Assembly (NCBI RefSeq): GCF_902459465.1
Contig: NC_047070.1
Span: 1,364,001-1,428,000 of the forward strand
Length of the DNA: 64,000 nucleotides
Source: Asterias rubens
Taxonomy: Eukaryota
Reading direction: 5' to 3'
Positions 23,756 to 42,745 of the stretch are shown here, in pieces; within the stretch, counting starts at the first letter, position 1; every line of letters starts with the position of its first letter. The notes beneath the pieces were generated by a model. That model made no database searches. It had not been told where the DNA came from and saw only the letters and a list, made by a program, of their open reading frames with translations. The position numbers were made by a program, and so were the translations under genes.

Positions 23756-25696
23756 ACCTGCAAGTGTGATAACATTTCATTATTCGATGTTAAACATTTC
23801 GTTTACATTAGTGATATACATTTTTGCATTTACGACCTAAATACTTTAATTACTATTGTTGCAGTAAAATTCACTTTAAATAGTCACTGATGAAAATGAC
23901 TTGACGATTACTTAAATTTGTACCGTATAGTTGATTGAAACTTGTTTTGTTCAACCTTCAATTCCTCCCAACCCAGTTCAGAAATTATTTCACATTATTC
24001 TGATATTAAACACATAGTGAAGTGGCCATCATATTTTTGCTTCATAATAAAGAAACACTGTACCAAAGTGATCTAACTAACTAAGTAGTAAAAGGCAAAA
24101 TGTTGAACATAAATTAAACCACAAAATTGAATTTGCCAATTTCTTTTAAAAAAACCCACCTTGGTTAAACATTGAGGTCTCTTAAAAGTGTCTTAATTTA
24201 ACTTTGTCTGAAAGATATTTACCAGTTTTAACCCTCTCAATATTAGCACATTCTTAATAATTAAAGGCAGTGGACACTATTGGTAATTACCCAAAATATT
24301 TATTAGCATAAAAACTTTCTTGGTGACGAGTAATGGGGAGAGGTTGATGGTATAAAACATTGTGAGAAACAGCTCCCTCTGAAGTGCCACAGTTTTCGAG
24401 AAAGAAGTAATTTTCCACGAATTTGATTTTGAGACCTCAGGTTTAGAACTTGAGGTCTCGAAATCAACCATCTAATCGCACACAACTTCATGTGACAAGG
24501 GTGTATTTTTCTTTTATCATTATCTCGCAAGTTCGATGACAGATTGAGCTCAAATTTTCACAGGTTTGTTATTTTATGCATATGTTGAGATACACCAACT
24601 GTGAAGGCTAGTCTATGACAATTACCAATAGTGTCCACTGCCTTTAAAAGAGAAACACAACAATAAAACTTAGGGGAATTATTTTAATGGAGGTACAAAT
24701 ATCGACTGCTTTGAGCGCTATGGTTTAAGCTACCCCAAGGTGTTCCATTAAGCATTCTATTTATCCGTGTCAATGCCATGTGAAAAAATGCTGCTCCAGA
24801 TATCACAAGAAAGTTGTAGTTTTAACTATTGCTCAGGAAAATAAGTAAACATTTGTTACAACACCTGGGTATAGTACATTGGTTACTACAGGTATTATAT
24901 ATTGATTGCGTCGTGCTTGCACAGCTTTCTAGCAAAAGTAAGACATGTCAGATGGTGAGCTCTAAACCAATCAAAAGGTAGAATCCAAGTGGTGGGTACC
25001 ATAAAACAGCTAAAGGGGCACTGTCATTATGATCAGAGGGAGTCTGTGGACAGATATTTACTTCTTTTACTCTCACCCAGTTACAGCACACGCCTGTGCA
25101 AAAATAATGAAGGTGCCCTTCAAAGCTATTGTTTGTGCTATGATGGTTATCAAGCATGCATGCGGTGACTGGGTGAGAGTTCATGAGTCCATGTCTTGCC
25201 ACAAGCAGACTATAATCACGATGAGCGTACCTGTAAGTCGCACAAATTCAAGTTTGCCAAATTTCATGGCTCTGCTTACCCCCATATTCTGTGCTTACGA
25301 TCACCAGTCGCCGCTTACTATGCAAGCGCAGACGCTAGCTGTGTATGCGAAGAATGCCTAGTAACAAGGAGTACGCACACGCACAAGTAAAAATTCCATG
25401 CAAATCTGTGAAATACGCTTGACATTAGCCCATAATCTCCTGCTTCCATCCGTAAGCGTTGATTCTTTTATTACAGTAAGCAGAGCCATGAAATTGGGCC
25501 CAGATTAGGGTGGTGAGTTAACCATACAAATCTGATGACAAGGACAAAATTGTTTCCACAACTTCTGGAGGCAAGCCGGTAACTAATAAAAGAAAAAAAT
25601 CTACAAATTTGATTTGCAGCTGTTTGGTTTGAACAAATTAAGGCCACTTGAATTTGACTCTCTTTCGTTTGCAGCATCGGATGATTGGGCAAAATG

Positions 25697-28600
25697 TTAC
25701 CTTGCTTTGACGTTCTTCACTATCCACTCCATTCCTTCCTGTGTGATTCAAACAAATTGAGAATTAAGAGAGCTGTCAATATTCTTGAATAATAGTGAAG
25801 CATGTTTGAAGCTCAGGTTTGTTTGTTTGTTTGAATGATTTTCCCAAACAGGGAACTCGGCAAACTGTTTTCAGAGTAGTGTGGCGACGAAGGTTTAAGG
25901 TATAAAGAGTTGAAAATCAGTTTGAAACAAAGAAAGATTGGAAATTATTCACTTTTCACATGACAGCATTTTAACAATTTTCCCATGCTCAAGTTTGACA
26001 TTGTAGCTGAATCACTTGTGCAATATTTTAAGTTGTTTAATTTATCTACAAGTTTACTTTTTATTTATTTAATTGTTTTCTTTTATTGTTTATCCTTACC
26101 TTATCTGTAATTTCTACTTATTTATTTTAATTTATTTTTGTATTCTTATTATATATTTATAATTAAATTTGCTATTGGTTGTATAATTATCTGGTTTTGT
26201 TATTGCTTTGTGTACTATATTATGTTAAATCTATATTAATTTTATTGTGTACCCCAGATGTGGGGCAACAGATCTACGGATCATAGTATGTATTTGCTTT
26301 TGTTGTCCCTTGCCCATCTTGGGGTAATATTGTCAATGTATTTTGTTTTGTACTGTTATGGCAAATAAAATAATAATAATATAAAAACAAAAATGCACCT
26401 GGTGTGAATGAACAATAACTTGTGCACTGTTCCAAAAGTATGCCAACTTAGAGAAGTTTTTGCAAGGGATTATGGCCAGTCCAAATATTGTCCTTTCACA
26501 CAAAATGCAACTTGTAAAATTTCACAACCTTGCTAAAATAAAGCAACGGACTCCTGCTAAACTGCTGTCGTGTGAAAAGGGTTTGATAAGACAAGGAAGT
26601 TCTCACCTCAACTCCTTCCCCTGTGACTGCAGAGCAAGCATTGATCTGCCAAACACGGTTCCTTATTGTGTGAAGATTTAAGCCTTCCGCAATATCTGCT
26701 GATGTTGCTGCGCTAATAAGGTCCTGCTTATTTGCAAAGACTAGCAGTGGTACACCGGATAATTTCTCTTCTTCCAATAGCTGGCCAAGCTCCTTAAGAA
26801 AATAAAAGTGTTTTTTAAATTAAATTTGTACAATTTTGTCTTGTCTTGATTGATACTGCACCAACACCCCTTCTAAGTGATCACACAGACAGGGTTGGTT
26901 CTCCTTCTTCTTATCATGTCCACACACTAGATGTTGTGTTTCAGCCAGAACTGGACACAGCTCCTAGCAATATCATTATACTCTGCAAGGTCCTCAGGTT
27001 TGCATTCTGGCTCCAGTAGGGGGCATCCCAGGAGGTGCTCCACAGTTTGTGACTCTGTCTCACAAATGCAGGGTTGGTGGTGCATATGGAACTGACAACC
27101 ATGCCAGAAATACAGGGGCAAACCCCTTCTCTTAAAAGTGTACTTTTTACGGGCATACACAACACACAGGACTGACCAGTACATCCAATCCAAAGCTTAC
27201 TAACTACTTCCTGGGCTATGTAGGAAAATCAGTCAGTACTACTACTTCCACTTAGCATGCTTAGTGGATTGATGCGATTCCCATTATTAACTTCACTGCT
27301 AAGGAGTGAGTTTGAATTGATCTCACGTTTCGACTAGCCTGGTCTAGTCATTGTCAGGAGACTGAAGAGTGTTTAAGATGCTGGTCTTTTTATAGATGGA
27401 TTGCACTAAGCGTCATCAACCGCCTTAACTGATGATAAACAATGCAAAATTCATACGTGTTCATTTAAGCCAATGATAGCCTTGCATGTGCGCACATTTC
27501 ACCAAATATAGCATTGATGACACTTAGTGACATTAATCTATAGGGGTTCAGTCAGCACTGCTCAGTGCCCAATTTCATAAAGGTGTTAAGCAGAAAATAC
27601 TGCTTGAAAATTTTCTTTGCTAAGCAAAAATTGAGTCGTGCACCAGCCACAACAATACAAACTTGATGTTATTTGGGCTGGTAACTAGCCTGTTTCTGCT
27701 TAGCAATACTATTCTGGCTTAATGAAATTGGGCCCTGGTTGGTTCTTCTGAAAGAACAACTGTTGTTTGAGGGCTCGGGTTATTGTGTAGGCTTCCTTGA
27801 TTTCATAAATAAACTAACAAAAGTTAATTCAGTGGAGGTGTCATGGCCGAGCGGTCAAGATTACAGCCACCGAACTCAAGCTCTGACCAGATCAAGGGAG
27901 TATGGGTTCGGGAGTCGTGACACTTGTGTCCTTAAGCAAGACACTTAACCACTGCTTTGTCCTTCGGATGAGATGTAAAGCTGTAGGTATTATTATTGTT
28001 ATAACAACTATCAACGCACGCAAAAGACCCCAGTACCCACTTATCTCAAAGAGAAGGGGTTTGCCCCGGTTTGTCTGGTAGTGCGACTATCTTCAATTAT
28101 GATGACTGCACTTGAAAGGAAGAAGAAGAAGAAGAAGTATTACCTCTCCTGTTTCCTCCAAGCGTGTAGTGTCTGCACTGTCTATTACATAAATTAGAAC
28201 ATCAGCTTTCTCATAGTAGTTCCCCCAGTAAGGTCGAATCGTTCTCTGACCTATGGAATAAAGTTTTTAAGTATTAACTCTTTTGTTTTTAACCTATGAA
28301 TGCTTATACTTCTTTTTATGTTTTTTTTAAATTTTCAATTGACTACAAGTAGTCCAGCTGACCAAGACCCAATTTCATAGAGCTGCTAAGCACAGAAACT
28401 TGCTAAGCATGAAATTTCTTCCTTGATAAAAACAGGACTACCAGCCAAATTTCCATTTGTTGCATATTGCTTGGTACTGGTATTCACCTGTTGTTTGCTG
28501 ATCCTGAAAATCACATGGTGTTACCGCAAACTCTTCTATATCTTATTTCCACCATGCAAAGTTTCAAATCCTACTTGAAATTTGGTTGGTAATCCTGTTT

Positions 28601-30152
28601 GTTGTCAAGGAAGAAAATTCATGCTAAGCATATTTTCTTGTACTTAGCAGCCCTAGGAAATTGTTTTTTTTTCAGTAATTCAAAGCCAAGCTAGTGAAAT
28701 GACAAGCTAACTGGTTCTTCTGGCCAGTCATTGAAGACAGTACAGGGCAAACCCTGGTAGCCCATTACCATCTCCTCCAATTTTATTTAAAAAAACAAGA
28801 GGAATCAGGCCCAGGCCTTGGTAGGGAGGGGGAGGGGTGGTGTTATAGAAACAGACTAACAACAACCAGTGAAATTACAATCAGGTTTTACCCTAAAATG
28901 TTTCAGTTACTGTCTAGCAGGACCAATTAGCTTGGCATTACAATAGTCTGTCAGCCTTTTCACTGGTTTGTATTTCAAATGATAACACAGGGGCTTTTAA
29001 AACTGTCGAACCACTTGGAGAAATCTTTGACTGGTCTTCGGGTGTTTTAACTGCCATCTGGCCAGCGGACCACTGGATTTGGGTACTTTTTGTAACACAA
29101 AACACAATATCCACAGATTTACATAAACTTACACCTTTTGAAGATAATTATAGTCAAAAGCTTACCTTAAACCAATTAGTAGCTAAGGTGCTGTAGTAAA
29201 ATAATGTCAAGAAAATACGTTTTACATGCTAAAATTTTGTGACTTGTTTTACTCATTTCTCAAAAACTACAGTTACTCAGCAAGTAATATTTAAAGGGAA
29301 TCTTTCTACCACCATTATTTTTGAACTGTGTGAGTTTAATGTGGATCTGTGTGTACATTGTGTTTTGTGTCCTACAAAAAGTACCCTTAAAAGGGAGAAC
29401 GCTGACAACACTCACCTCCAACATCCCACACATTCAAGTCCACACCGTGGCATTTGACAGTCTTGATGTTGAATCCTAGCGTTGGTGTCATGTGACTGAT
29501 ATCTTCTTGAGCTAGTCCTCGAATGAGCGTTGTCTTGCCGGCGTTGTCAAGACCAAGGAGGAGGATCTGAAGTTTGCGGTTTGGGTTGCTACCCAATTTG
29601 GCCTTCAAAAAGGCCAGTAAGCCCTAAAAGTACAAGAAACGAAGAGAAGTTAATAATGATCCACTTAATAAGCTTAAGTAGTAGTCCCAGCCCATTTTCT
29701 AACTTCCGTCCAGGTAGTACCAGTAGTTAAAAAGCAGGACAGTTGTTTTCAGAACCGAGAAGTCTCCAGAATTCCAAGTACATGTGTATGTACCCATGGT
29801 AGAAGAAGGAAATGTATCACAGCAAAGAAGTCACTACAACTTAAAACTGCAAAATTTGATGGCTTATTATTTTAGCCTCAAGTAAAACTTAGCCAGCGCA
29901 GCAGCATTACAGCAATATCTCATTATTATTACAATAAACAAATAATATATGACAATCAAATGCAAATAAAACAGTTAAAATAAAGCCCCCCCCCCCTCCA
30001 AGTCTCTCTCCCTCTCTCGCTCCGGATCACTGAGATCATGGTCATGGATAGCTGCATAAAAAGACTAACTTACCAAAGAAGATTTAAGAAGTAAAACAAA
30101 AACCAATTCTACTGTCCAGAGTTATCAAGTTATTATCCATCATCATTACCAT
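25697..30152 (-). CDS. ARL3: ADP-ribosylation factor-like protein 3 (ciliary small GTPase), about 181 aa
   Basis: Exons 30150-30152 (ATG only; inferred micro-exon 30150-30190), 29416-29623, 28144-28250, 26607-26792, 25697-25738. [44 protein letters not shown]. The ATG exon is less certain than the rest. Confidence 0.9.
26905..27085 (-). mobile_element. Non-LTR retrotransposon C-terminal CCHC fragment (I/Nimb/Ingi-type) with GATAAGAAGAAG tail
   Basis: [19 protein letters not shown]...DL...ND.A..C..FW...I*; a similar C.CG..QTISHII.DCP fragment lies at 54590-54710 (-). Confidence 0.7.
27321..27363 (-). ncRNA. Degenerate minimal hammerhead motif, family H2
   Basis: TCTC-CTGACAA-T-GACTAG(ACCAGG)CTAGTC-GAAAC-GT-GAGA; G8A without compensation and 1 nt lost at the cleavage site. 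Confidence 0.6.
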
Positions 30153-30610
30153 AGTAATTATGTAACGGAATAACGTTGAGATGACTCTACCTACAAATTT
30201 AATTATACAGATCTGATTTGTCTGGTCTTGGCCCAATAGACCGATCCAGTAGTGCAGGACTTGCACTCATGAGTCACGACACAAGGTTGCGGGTTCGAAT
30301 CCCCCAGCTAACTGCTGACTTCACAATAAGGTTTATCGCCAATAGCAAAATATCAAGAGAGGGCGCTGTTGAACCTACGCAAAGGTATAGGCGTTGCGTG
30401 CAAGAGTCATAGAAACTGCATAGAAACTGCCCCATATTCCTTCCAATAACGCATTGCGTTTCTGAATCGCGATAAACCTTATGACTTGAATAAATATTGT
30501 CGTCTAGTTTTTAACTGAATCACAATTTCTTGATATGTGTAATTCATATATATAGATAGGCGTTTGCCGAGTTCTCTCTTGATGGCATGATGCCGATGGG
30601 ACGATCATTC

Positions 30611-30670
30611 AAACAAACAAACAAACAAACAAACAAACAAACAAACAAACAAACAAACAAACAAACAAAC
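30611..30670. repeat. (AAAC)n microsatellite
   Basis: Direct reading. Confidence 0.95.
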
Positions 30671-30764
30671 AACAACAAACCACACACACCATTGCATTGC
30701 ATGCCACCGCAATCGATTCTCAACACAGACAGAGCATGACAGAGCATGACAGTCACACACTCAC

Positions 30765-32559
30765 ATAAACATTAGATTATTGTTGAGTGTTTGGCGTAAC
30801 CGCGTAACCAACCAGACATTATTCATTAATGGCATTATCACAATAATTAATACTTCTGTTAATAGGTGAACATTGGTCTTTGAATAATTGTCCTTTTCAT
30901 TATCAAAAAAAAAATACCAAGCCATGATGAAAATCCTACCATTTGGAAGTAGTTTTCGGGTATTTTATACACCGCCTTCACTCTTTTTACTCTGTTGACG
31001 TCTTCGTTACCGATGCGATATACACGCAATTTGCTCGTGTGTGTGGTGGACCGACGGGAACGTACGGAATGATATGTACAGTACTGTACATATTATTATA
31101 CACATGTACATCGTTATCGTCAGTCAGAGTGACCCTTGACCCCTAAATTATAATATGTAGGTCACGCACAACATTTCCCTGACTTCTTATTGGTTGTTTC
31201 GTAGAGTAGAGAGAGTAGTTATTTCGCACTGTGCCCCATCCCGGCCCAGAGTGCATGCATTGGGGACTGGAAGATGAGGAAGATAAAACTGTTATGGAAT
31301 TCAGGCTTCACTCCCTTTTTGTAATATCATTGGATGGGAAGGCGTTATGATTTATTTATTAAATTTTCTGCACATCCAACAGTGCAAGCGTCATTGACAT
31401 GGATAAAAACATTGAATTCTATAAAGAATTCGGGCTTTCTTTCTCTTCTTGAAATAATCCTCCGCGAGGGATTGTTGTGACACTACTCTATTTGAGCATG
31501 GAGATAGGATTTGAGGCTGTGCATTGATGGATGTACAATTTGTTGATTGCTCATTGCTCATTTTAGTTGTTATTTTGTTTGTACAAAAAAAAACTTTCCA
31601 AGGTTTTCTCCATGGAATGTTATGGCATAACAAAAATCAAACAAGTCAACCCTTCCTACACCAACGTTCCCTAAGCCCAGCCGGGCCCACAATTTGCAAA
31701 TGGACAACACCTCCCTGATCCTTCACATCCGTTTGCCAACTGCCGCTCAAACAAAAACTTTATAAGATTCTCCCCGGCCGAAATTATGTTTCCTAAACTA
31801 TTCTTTTAGGATTTTTGTGAAAAGGGACAAATTTTGAGATACCCAAACCATGGAGGAATAGCCCACACCATTGAGTTAGAATTACCTCCATGCCCAAACC
31901 ATCCCAGTCATTGAACATGCCCTCCTCCTCCTCCCGGCCCCTCCTCCTCCCATCTGCAAACCACAGACATTTTGGAGGAGTTGTATTTAGAGCATTTCAG
32001 AGTGAGCTAATAAAAACATGTTGTTATGGCATTTTTATAAACAAGAAATAAACAAAGTGACCCGGACACACTGCCCACTTGTTTGCAATCTCATTAAGAC
32101 TACGTCATTTTAATTCAACGAAACCGTCGGGCCACGTCCACACACCACACACAAACCGCAACTCCCATTAATTAAAAAACGCCCACCGATATAAACTTAG
32201 AGTGCGCCATCATCGGCGTTGTGGCCCCAAAATAAACCCAAACCATAGAGAGCTATATATAGCTAGCTCTAAAGTATGACCCATACCCATCACCACACTT
32301 ACACGGCGGATATCGACAACGATCAGTGGGTTCTCTGCTTCTAAAAGAGCCCAAAATATCATTATTATAGAGTATCAATTGCATACAAGTTGAGATACAA
32401 TTATCTGAATAGCATTGTACCTGTGAGGAGATGAATCTACCATTGTTATGACATCGTTTGTAGACTATTAGAGATTTTATTTTGTTGCAGGGGAGGTTAC
32501 GCGATTACGATTTAGAAGTTTAACGATCGCTGTAAATTTCTACTTCCTTTAAATCCAAG
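30765..32559. promoter_or_regulatory. Divergent promoter region ARL3/CNNM
   Basis: Lies between the putative ARL3 non-coding exon donor (GTGAGT at 30764, -) and the CNNM ATG, which sits in AAGATGGCG context; CpG-richer patches. Confidence 0.45.
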
Positions 32560-37304
<4,745 letters not shown>

Positions 37305-40300
37305 CAAGTAACCTACTTGTAGATATCGTTAGATTTTGTGAATCCAAAAATCAATAGAGTTTTTTAATCGGTCACCAATACTACATGTAAACCGAAATAC
37401 ATACACATAATTTCAGTAATTCTAAATGCACTTCTTAAAGGAAGGGTCATACTTTTGATCTACCCCCCCCCCCCCCACCAATTAAAATAAATAAATAAAT
37501 ACAGTTCTAACCAAAAAGCTTCCTTGTTATAAAAACGGTATTGTACTGTATAGTAAGCATCCTGTAAAGTTATATTGTCTGAAATGCCATTGATTAGAAA
37601 TCAATAAAAACATTTGAATCCAAGAAAGATTATTGCATAGATTTGACATTCTTGTGAAAAACTGACAGTTTTTTTGCTGCTTTCTCAGCAAGTTGATACT
37701 TTAATCAGCTAAAACTTTCACATGAGGTGACTTGTATTGTATGTTTCTTTTATATTTGGCAAAAATGATGACCCTACCATGAAGGCAGTGGACACTATTG
37801 GTAATTACTTTAAATAATTATTAGCATAAAACCTTTATTGATTACGAGTAAAGGGGAGAGGTTGATAGTATAAAACATTGTGAGAAACAGCTCCCTTTGA
37901 AGTGAGGTAGTTTTCGAGAAAGAAGTAATTTTCCACGAATTTGATTTAGAGACCTCGGATTTAGAATTTGAGGTCTCGAAATCAAGCATCTGAAAGCCAA
38001 CAACTTCGTATGACAAGGGTGTTTTTTCTTTCATTATTATCTCGCAACTTCGATGACCAATGAGCTCAAATTTTCACAGGCTTGTTATTTTATGCATATG
38101 TTGAGACACACCAATTGAGAAGACTGATCTTTGACAATTACCAATAGTGTCCATTGTCTTTAAAACAAACAAAATATTTTAATTTAAATAATTCTCAGAA
38201 CACTTGATAAGATAAATCTATCAGCAGAATTGTTGTTGTTGCTTTGTTGTGGTCAAATGGCAGGTATAAACATAATAATCATGAAGTCTAAAGAAAATAT
38301 TAACAAGGACCATACTTACTTAGGGCCGTTTTAATTATCAACATTTTCACAAGCTTAAAAACCATACATTTTTTCAATACCTCCTACCTCCCCCTAAAAG
38401 TGTAAAATGAAAGATGTTGGTTTTATTCACAATATTCTACATAGAGATACTTGAATGTGAATTGCATGCGATCCATGTTTGTTATGAGTACAGATTCAGA
38501 TAAAAGAACATATAAAGAAGACGAGCAGAGTATACTGTTCGAAACGTTGAGTCCCAACCGGCTCTTTTCAGAGCCAACACTCACCCTAAGAGATTTACAC
38601 ATGGTTGTACCCGCAAGTTTACTGTTTAGTTATAGTTTCTTCTTATTTCTCCACACCATGCAAAGCTTCAAACAATACGTACACATGTTAAATACATGTA
38701 ATGCCGTAAATCGTAATTTCATGTGTATAAGACGCAGCTTATCTGTAAAACAGCTTCTTATCTACAGTGTGAAAAGGTTTTAAACCCCCTACCTCCCAGC
38801 GTACAGTTTGCACACTGGTGAAAATGTTGACAATTGTACAACCCCTTACCTAAGCATACTGTAACATTACTCTAGTGAGGTGTAAAGTCATATCATTGGG
38901 GACAGGTGTGCACTTTATAATGAAGTCTTCTTTTCATTCTATGATCTCACTAAACTATCTAATTACAAAGGGCTCTTCTGCAAGATGTTTCTGCAGTGGA
39001 TATTTGATGGTGATGAAAAATAACTGTTTTATAAGAGCTGGCTTTTTCAAGTGTCAAATATTCAATGTCCGAGGCCTAACAAAAAGGAAATGAAATCTTG
39101 TTTTGAAATGGGGAAGTATTAGGATTTTGTTGAAAGCTCTTTGTAATCAGGGATTATTGATTACATTCTAAAGTATAACAAAATTCCTTGGTTTATCTTA
39201 CTGAGTGTATTGCTGTATTTTAGCCCAGTCTCCCACGACCCAATTTCATTGAGCTGTTTTAAATCAGAAAATGGCACTTATTCATTTTGTTTCAGCTAAG
39301 CAGAAATTAGCAGGGAACCAGTCACAAACAATGTACATTAACATGGTACTTTGGTTGGTACAGGATGGTAACCTGTATCTACTAAGCAAGATTTATGAGG
39401 CCCAGTAATCAAGCAGTGCTTGGAAACTGGGTCCGCTCATAGACTTCACTTCATGAATAAAACTAATCTAGATCTACATGTAAAAACCCTTGGGCTAAGG
39501 GACCTGCTTGAAAATTGCTCAGTTTATGTAGATTGAAGTGGATAGATGTTTACTAATCATTGATATGTAGAATTCATATCAAACCAGCCTGCACATTTGG
39601 ACTGGGTCTGGAATTACATAGACCATGGTCTTTGTTGCCCCTTTATTGATTTCCCCATAGACTTTAAGATTTGTCAGATTTGTCAATGTTTAGAAGTGCC
39701 CTTTGAAATTTGAAGATGTTTGAATACGCCTGCTGTATTGTGATGTTGCAAGGCTCTAAGTTTTAGTTCCCATATGAGTAAATGATAACTGATTTTTTAT
39801 GTATACAATGTATAATTTTCTCATCCAATTTATAAGCTGAGTATTTAATTATTATTATTGCCAATCATCTGTCCATATTAAATAATCCAAAAACCATGGC
39901 AATGTGCATATATCTAAAAGTGCTAATTCGGAGGAACGATGGGGGGGGGGGGTGTCTTTAAGGTACTCCATGCTACCTTAGAAATGTGGAACCTGAGACC
40001 TGAAGTTGTAACCTTACTGTATGTATTGCACAAAATAACACCCAGTTATAAACACTTGATTTATTTTGATACAGCATTGTTCAGTATTTTATCTCAAACT
40101 CATAATGTAGAAAAGATTTTCACTTTTTTCACATTTTTGTAACCTGATACCACAAGAAAAGTTATTAATTAAGAAATGTAATCAAGATTCAAGTGTCATT
40201 GTCATCTAAACTTCCCTGATTAATGTACATCTACCTTAATAGGGATATAGTTGTATAACTACCCTAATTCAGATAATTTCCAGCCTGAATTGGGATATAA

Positions 40301-41310
40301 TATCCACCCTGATTTGAGATAGGGCGATAGAATTAGTCCCCTATCCGAAAAAACTCCAGGGCCTAATTCCACGGCTGTGCTTACTGTAAAATTCTACGCT
40401 TACACTATTCCCTGCTTAATACATGGTCACCATTCTGGCATTCTCTGCTTACCGAGTAAGCACCCAATTTCTGTGCTAGCAAAGAGTGCTTCGCAACTTG
40501 AAGTATGCACAAGCACAAACTGATTTTAAACTTGTGAAGTACACTAACGTTAAGAGCAGCGTTTTCTGCTGTCAGCAAGCACCATTACAGTAAGCAGAGT
40601 TTGTAGGGCCAAGGACCCTTTGAAGTAACGGTAGTAGTTATGCAACTTTAATTAATAATTAAAATGGAATCTATATACATTGGTGATTTGGGGGGATGTG
40701 TGTAAACAATGAATGATTTGCAATTGTAAGTTTTTAATTTTTATTCAAGACATTTTTCTAGTGTGCATGTTTCTTTAGTGTACTGTTCACAAATACAATG
40801 TAAAAACCACTCTGTGTTTTGTAAACCAATTGGGGTTGAATTAGACAGTGATATTATGATTTGTGTACAAATAAAACTAACAATCACAGTTTGAAGTAAG
40901 ATTGTATGATTTTCTCTTTTGTTTTGAATTTATCTCTAAATAATAATGTGTCAGTGCCTTCTTCTGAAGACGAGCAGGGTATGCCTATAAAATATGGTTA
41001 ACAACTTCAAGACCGTACCAACACAAAGGTAGCTCTCTGAGCACCAGGGTGTGAGACTCGTTACTCTGGGTTTGTTTGTTTATGTTTTTGCTAACATCCT
41101 GGGCTTTATAAACAGATAGCACCTCACTGGAGTTTAAAATCATTTTACCCAATATCATTATTGCATTTAATAACCTTTACATATTCAGCCCTGTGGTTTG
41201 ATCAGGAACATCTAGCTTTAAAAACAATTAACAAAAATGTTTTGGTTGAATAAATCTGCATCACTGACTAGTGGTTATCCATTCAAAACATTCAATGTGC
41301 TGGTAGATTG

Positions 41311-41704
41311 TTTAAAGGGAAGGTAGATTGTTTAAAGGGAAGGTAGATTGTTTAAAGGGAAGGTATCCATTGGTAAACACTTTAAAAAAAAAAGGCAAAA
41401 AACCATTTGGTTAGAAGCCTATTAGTAGCATTTGATAGCATTAACATTTTGAGAAACATTTCACTTTGAAGTAGGTAATGTGGTTATGTAAAACGATAAC
41501 AGTTTTTATGCCTTGAAATTTGAATCTTCGAAAACATTACCCGCGTAACGCTTCTCAGATTGTGTGTTCTTAAGGGATGAATCTTCCTGTTAGGAAAAAC
41601 TCACTTCCGAGTTTTCTCCAAAACGCGACCACCATAAACTTTCAGTTGTTAGTTTATTAAACAATCAAACAGTTCCAAAATCCAAAGGTATGCTTTGCCT
41701 TTAA
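41311..41704. mobile_element. Degenerate TTAA MITE family E with triplicated left junction
   Basis: TTAAAGGGAAGGTA ... GGTATGCTTTGCCTTTAA; the 20-bp unit GGTAGATTGTTTAAAGGGAA occurs x3 at 41302-41361. Confidence 0.55.
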
Positions 41705-42745
41705 GCTAGGCCATCTATTTATGCACGTTGCACATCGCTTATCAAATCACGCCCTCGCACTGTCAGACGGGATCGTAACCAATGGTCCAGACCTCCCTGC
41801 CGATATGATTAATTTATTCCAGATAAATTGATTTCCACTGTCAACCCATGAGCTTGGCATAAGGCATAAGCCGGCGACACTAAAGTAGCAATGCAGCTGG
41901 TTTGCCTACCTCCATGGTTTGTCTGAACATATTATTTGGAGGTTAAAGTTCAATCAGAGAATGGAATCCCTCGAGTAAAGAATCTTTTTTTTTTACCCCG
42001 GTGAGGGTCTATAGCCTGTATCGTTCATCTGCCATTTCATGTTTATACTCTACATTGTATCATTTCACGATATGCAGCACACTTACTTACATGGGAGTCA
42101 AAATGTTCATGTAAAGGAGTTGAACTCCCAAAATAGTGAAAATGGTCGAGGCATAAATGTGAAGGTACATTCCATGATGTGCAAGGGGTCAATATGCAAC
42201 TATGAAAACGGTTACACACCTGTGAACCGAAACCCTAGTGTATTTTCCTATTTCTGTTCCTAACCTTAACCCTAGCATTAAAATCAATTGAGGGGTTGAC
42301 GGAATATATAGGAGGGACGGAATATATAGGAGGGTCGGAATAAAGAGCAGCACCATCAAAACAGTCTCAAATTATGAAAAAAAGCAGAAAATACCATGGC
42401 ACTGAACGATTTCCCTTGTTTATCAGAGCAAATTGAGACGCAAAAAAGTATCAGTTGCTACTCAAAAATCACCATTTGCTATCTCAGTATTTGGCACTAT
42501 GTGTGCATATACTGTGCAAAACAAGTTCACTCAAAAAATTATGCAAAAATTGCTGGCTGAAATTGTTCTCTGTATAGCGTCTGACAATCAGCAACAAGAG
42601 GCAATTAATTAACCATTGATGTATTTACAGGTGCTCTCAGTACCTTGTTTTTATTTCCCTCCTGGAAGTGCAAGGTTTTTACGACTAATCTCAAGTTTAA
42701 AGAATGGAGGTAATTCTACCTCCATGTTCGAGTCAGTTCTGAATT

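Noticed and set aside
25029-25390. ORFs of 110 and 64 aa on +
   Set aside because: They run across two adjacent MITEs (ACTCTCACCCAGT TIR and GGGCCCAATTTCAT TIR families); no coding signature.
30228-30310. tRNA-like segment with GGTTCGAATCC, faintly reminiscent of tRNA-Sec
   Set aside because: T-stem mismatch, no acceptor stem and no anticodon arm can be built; at most a SINE-head relic.
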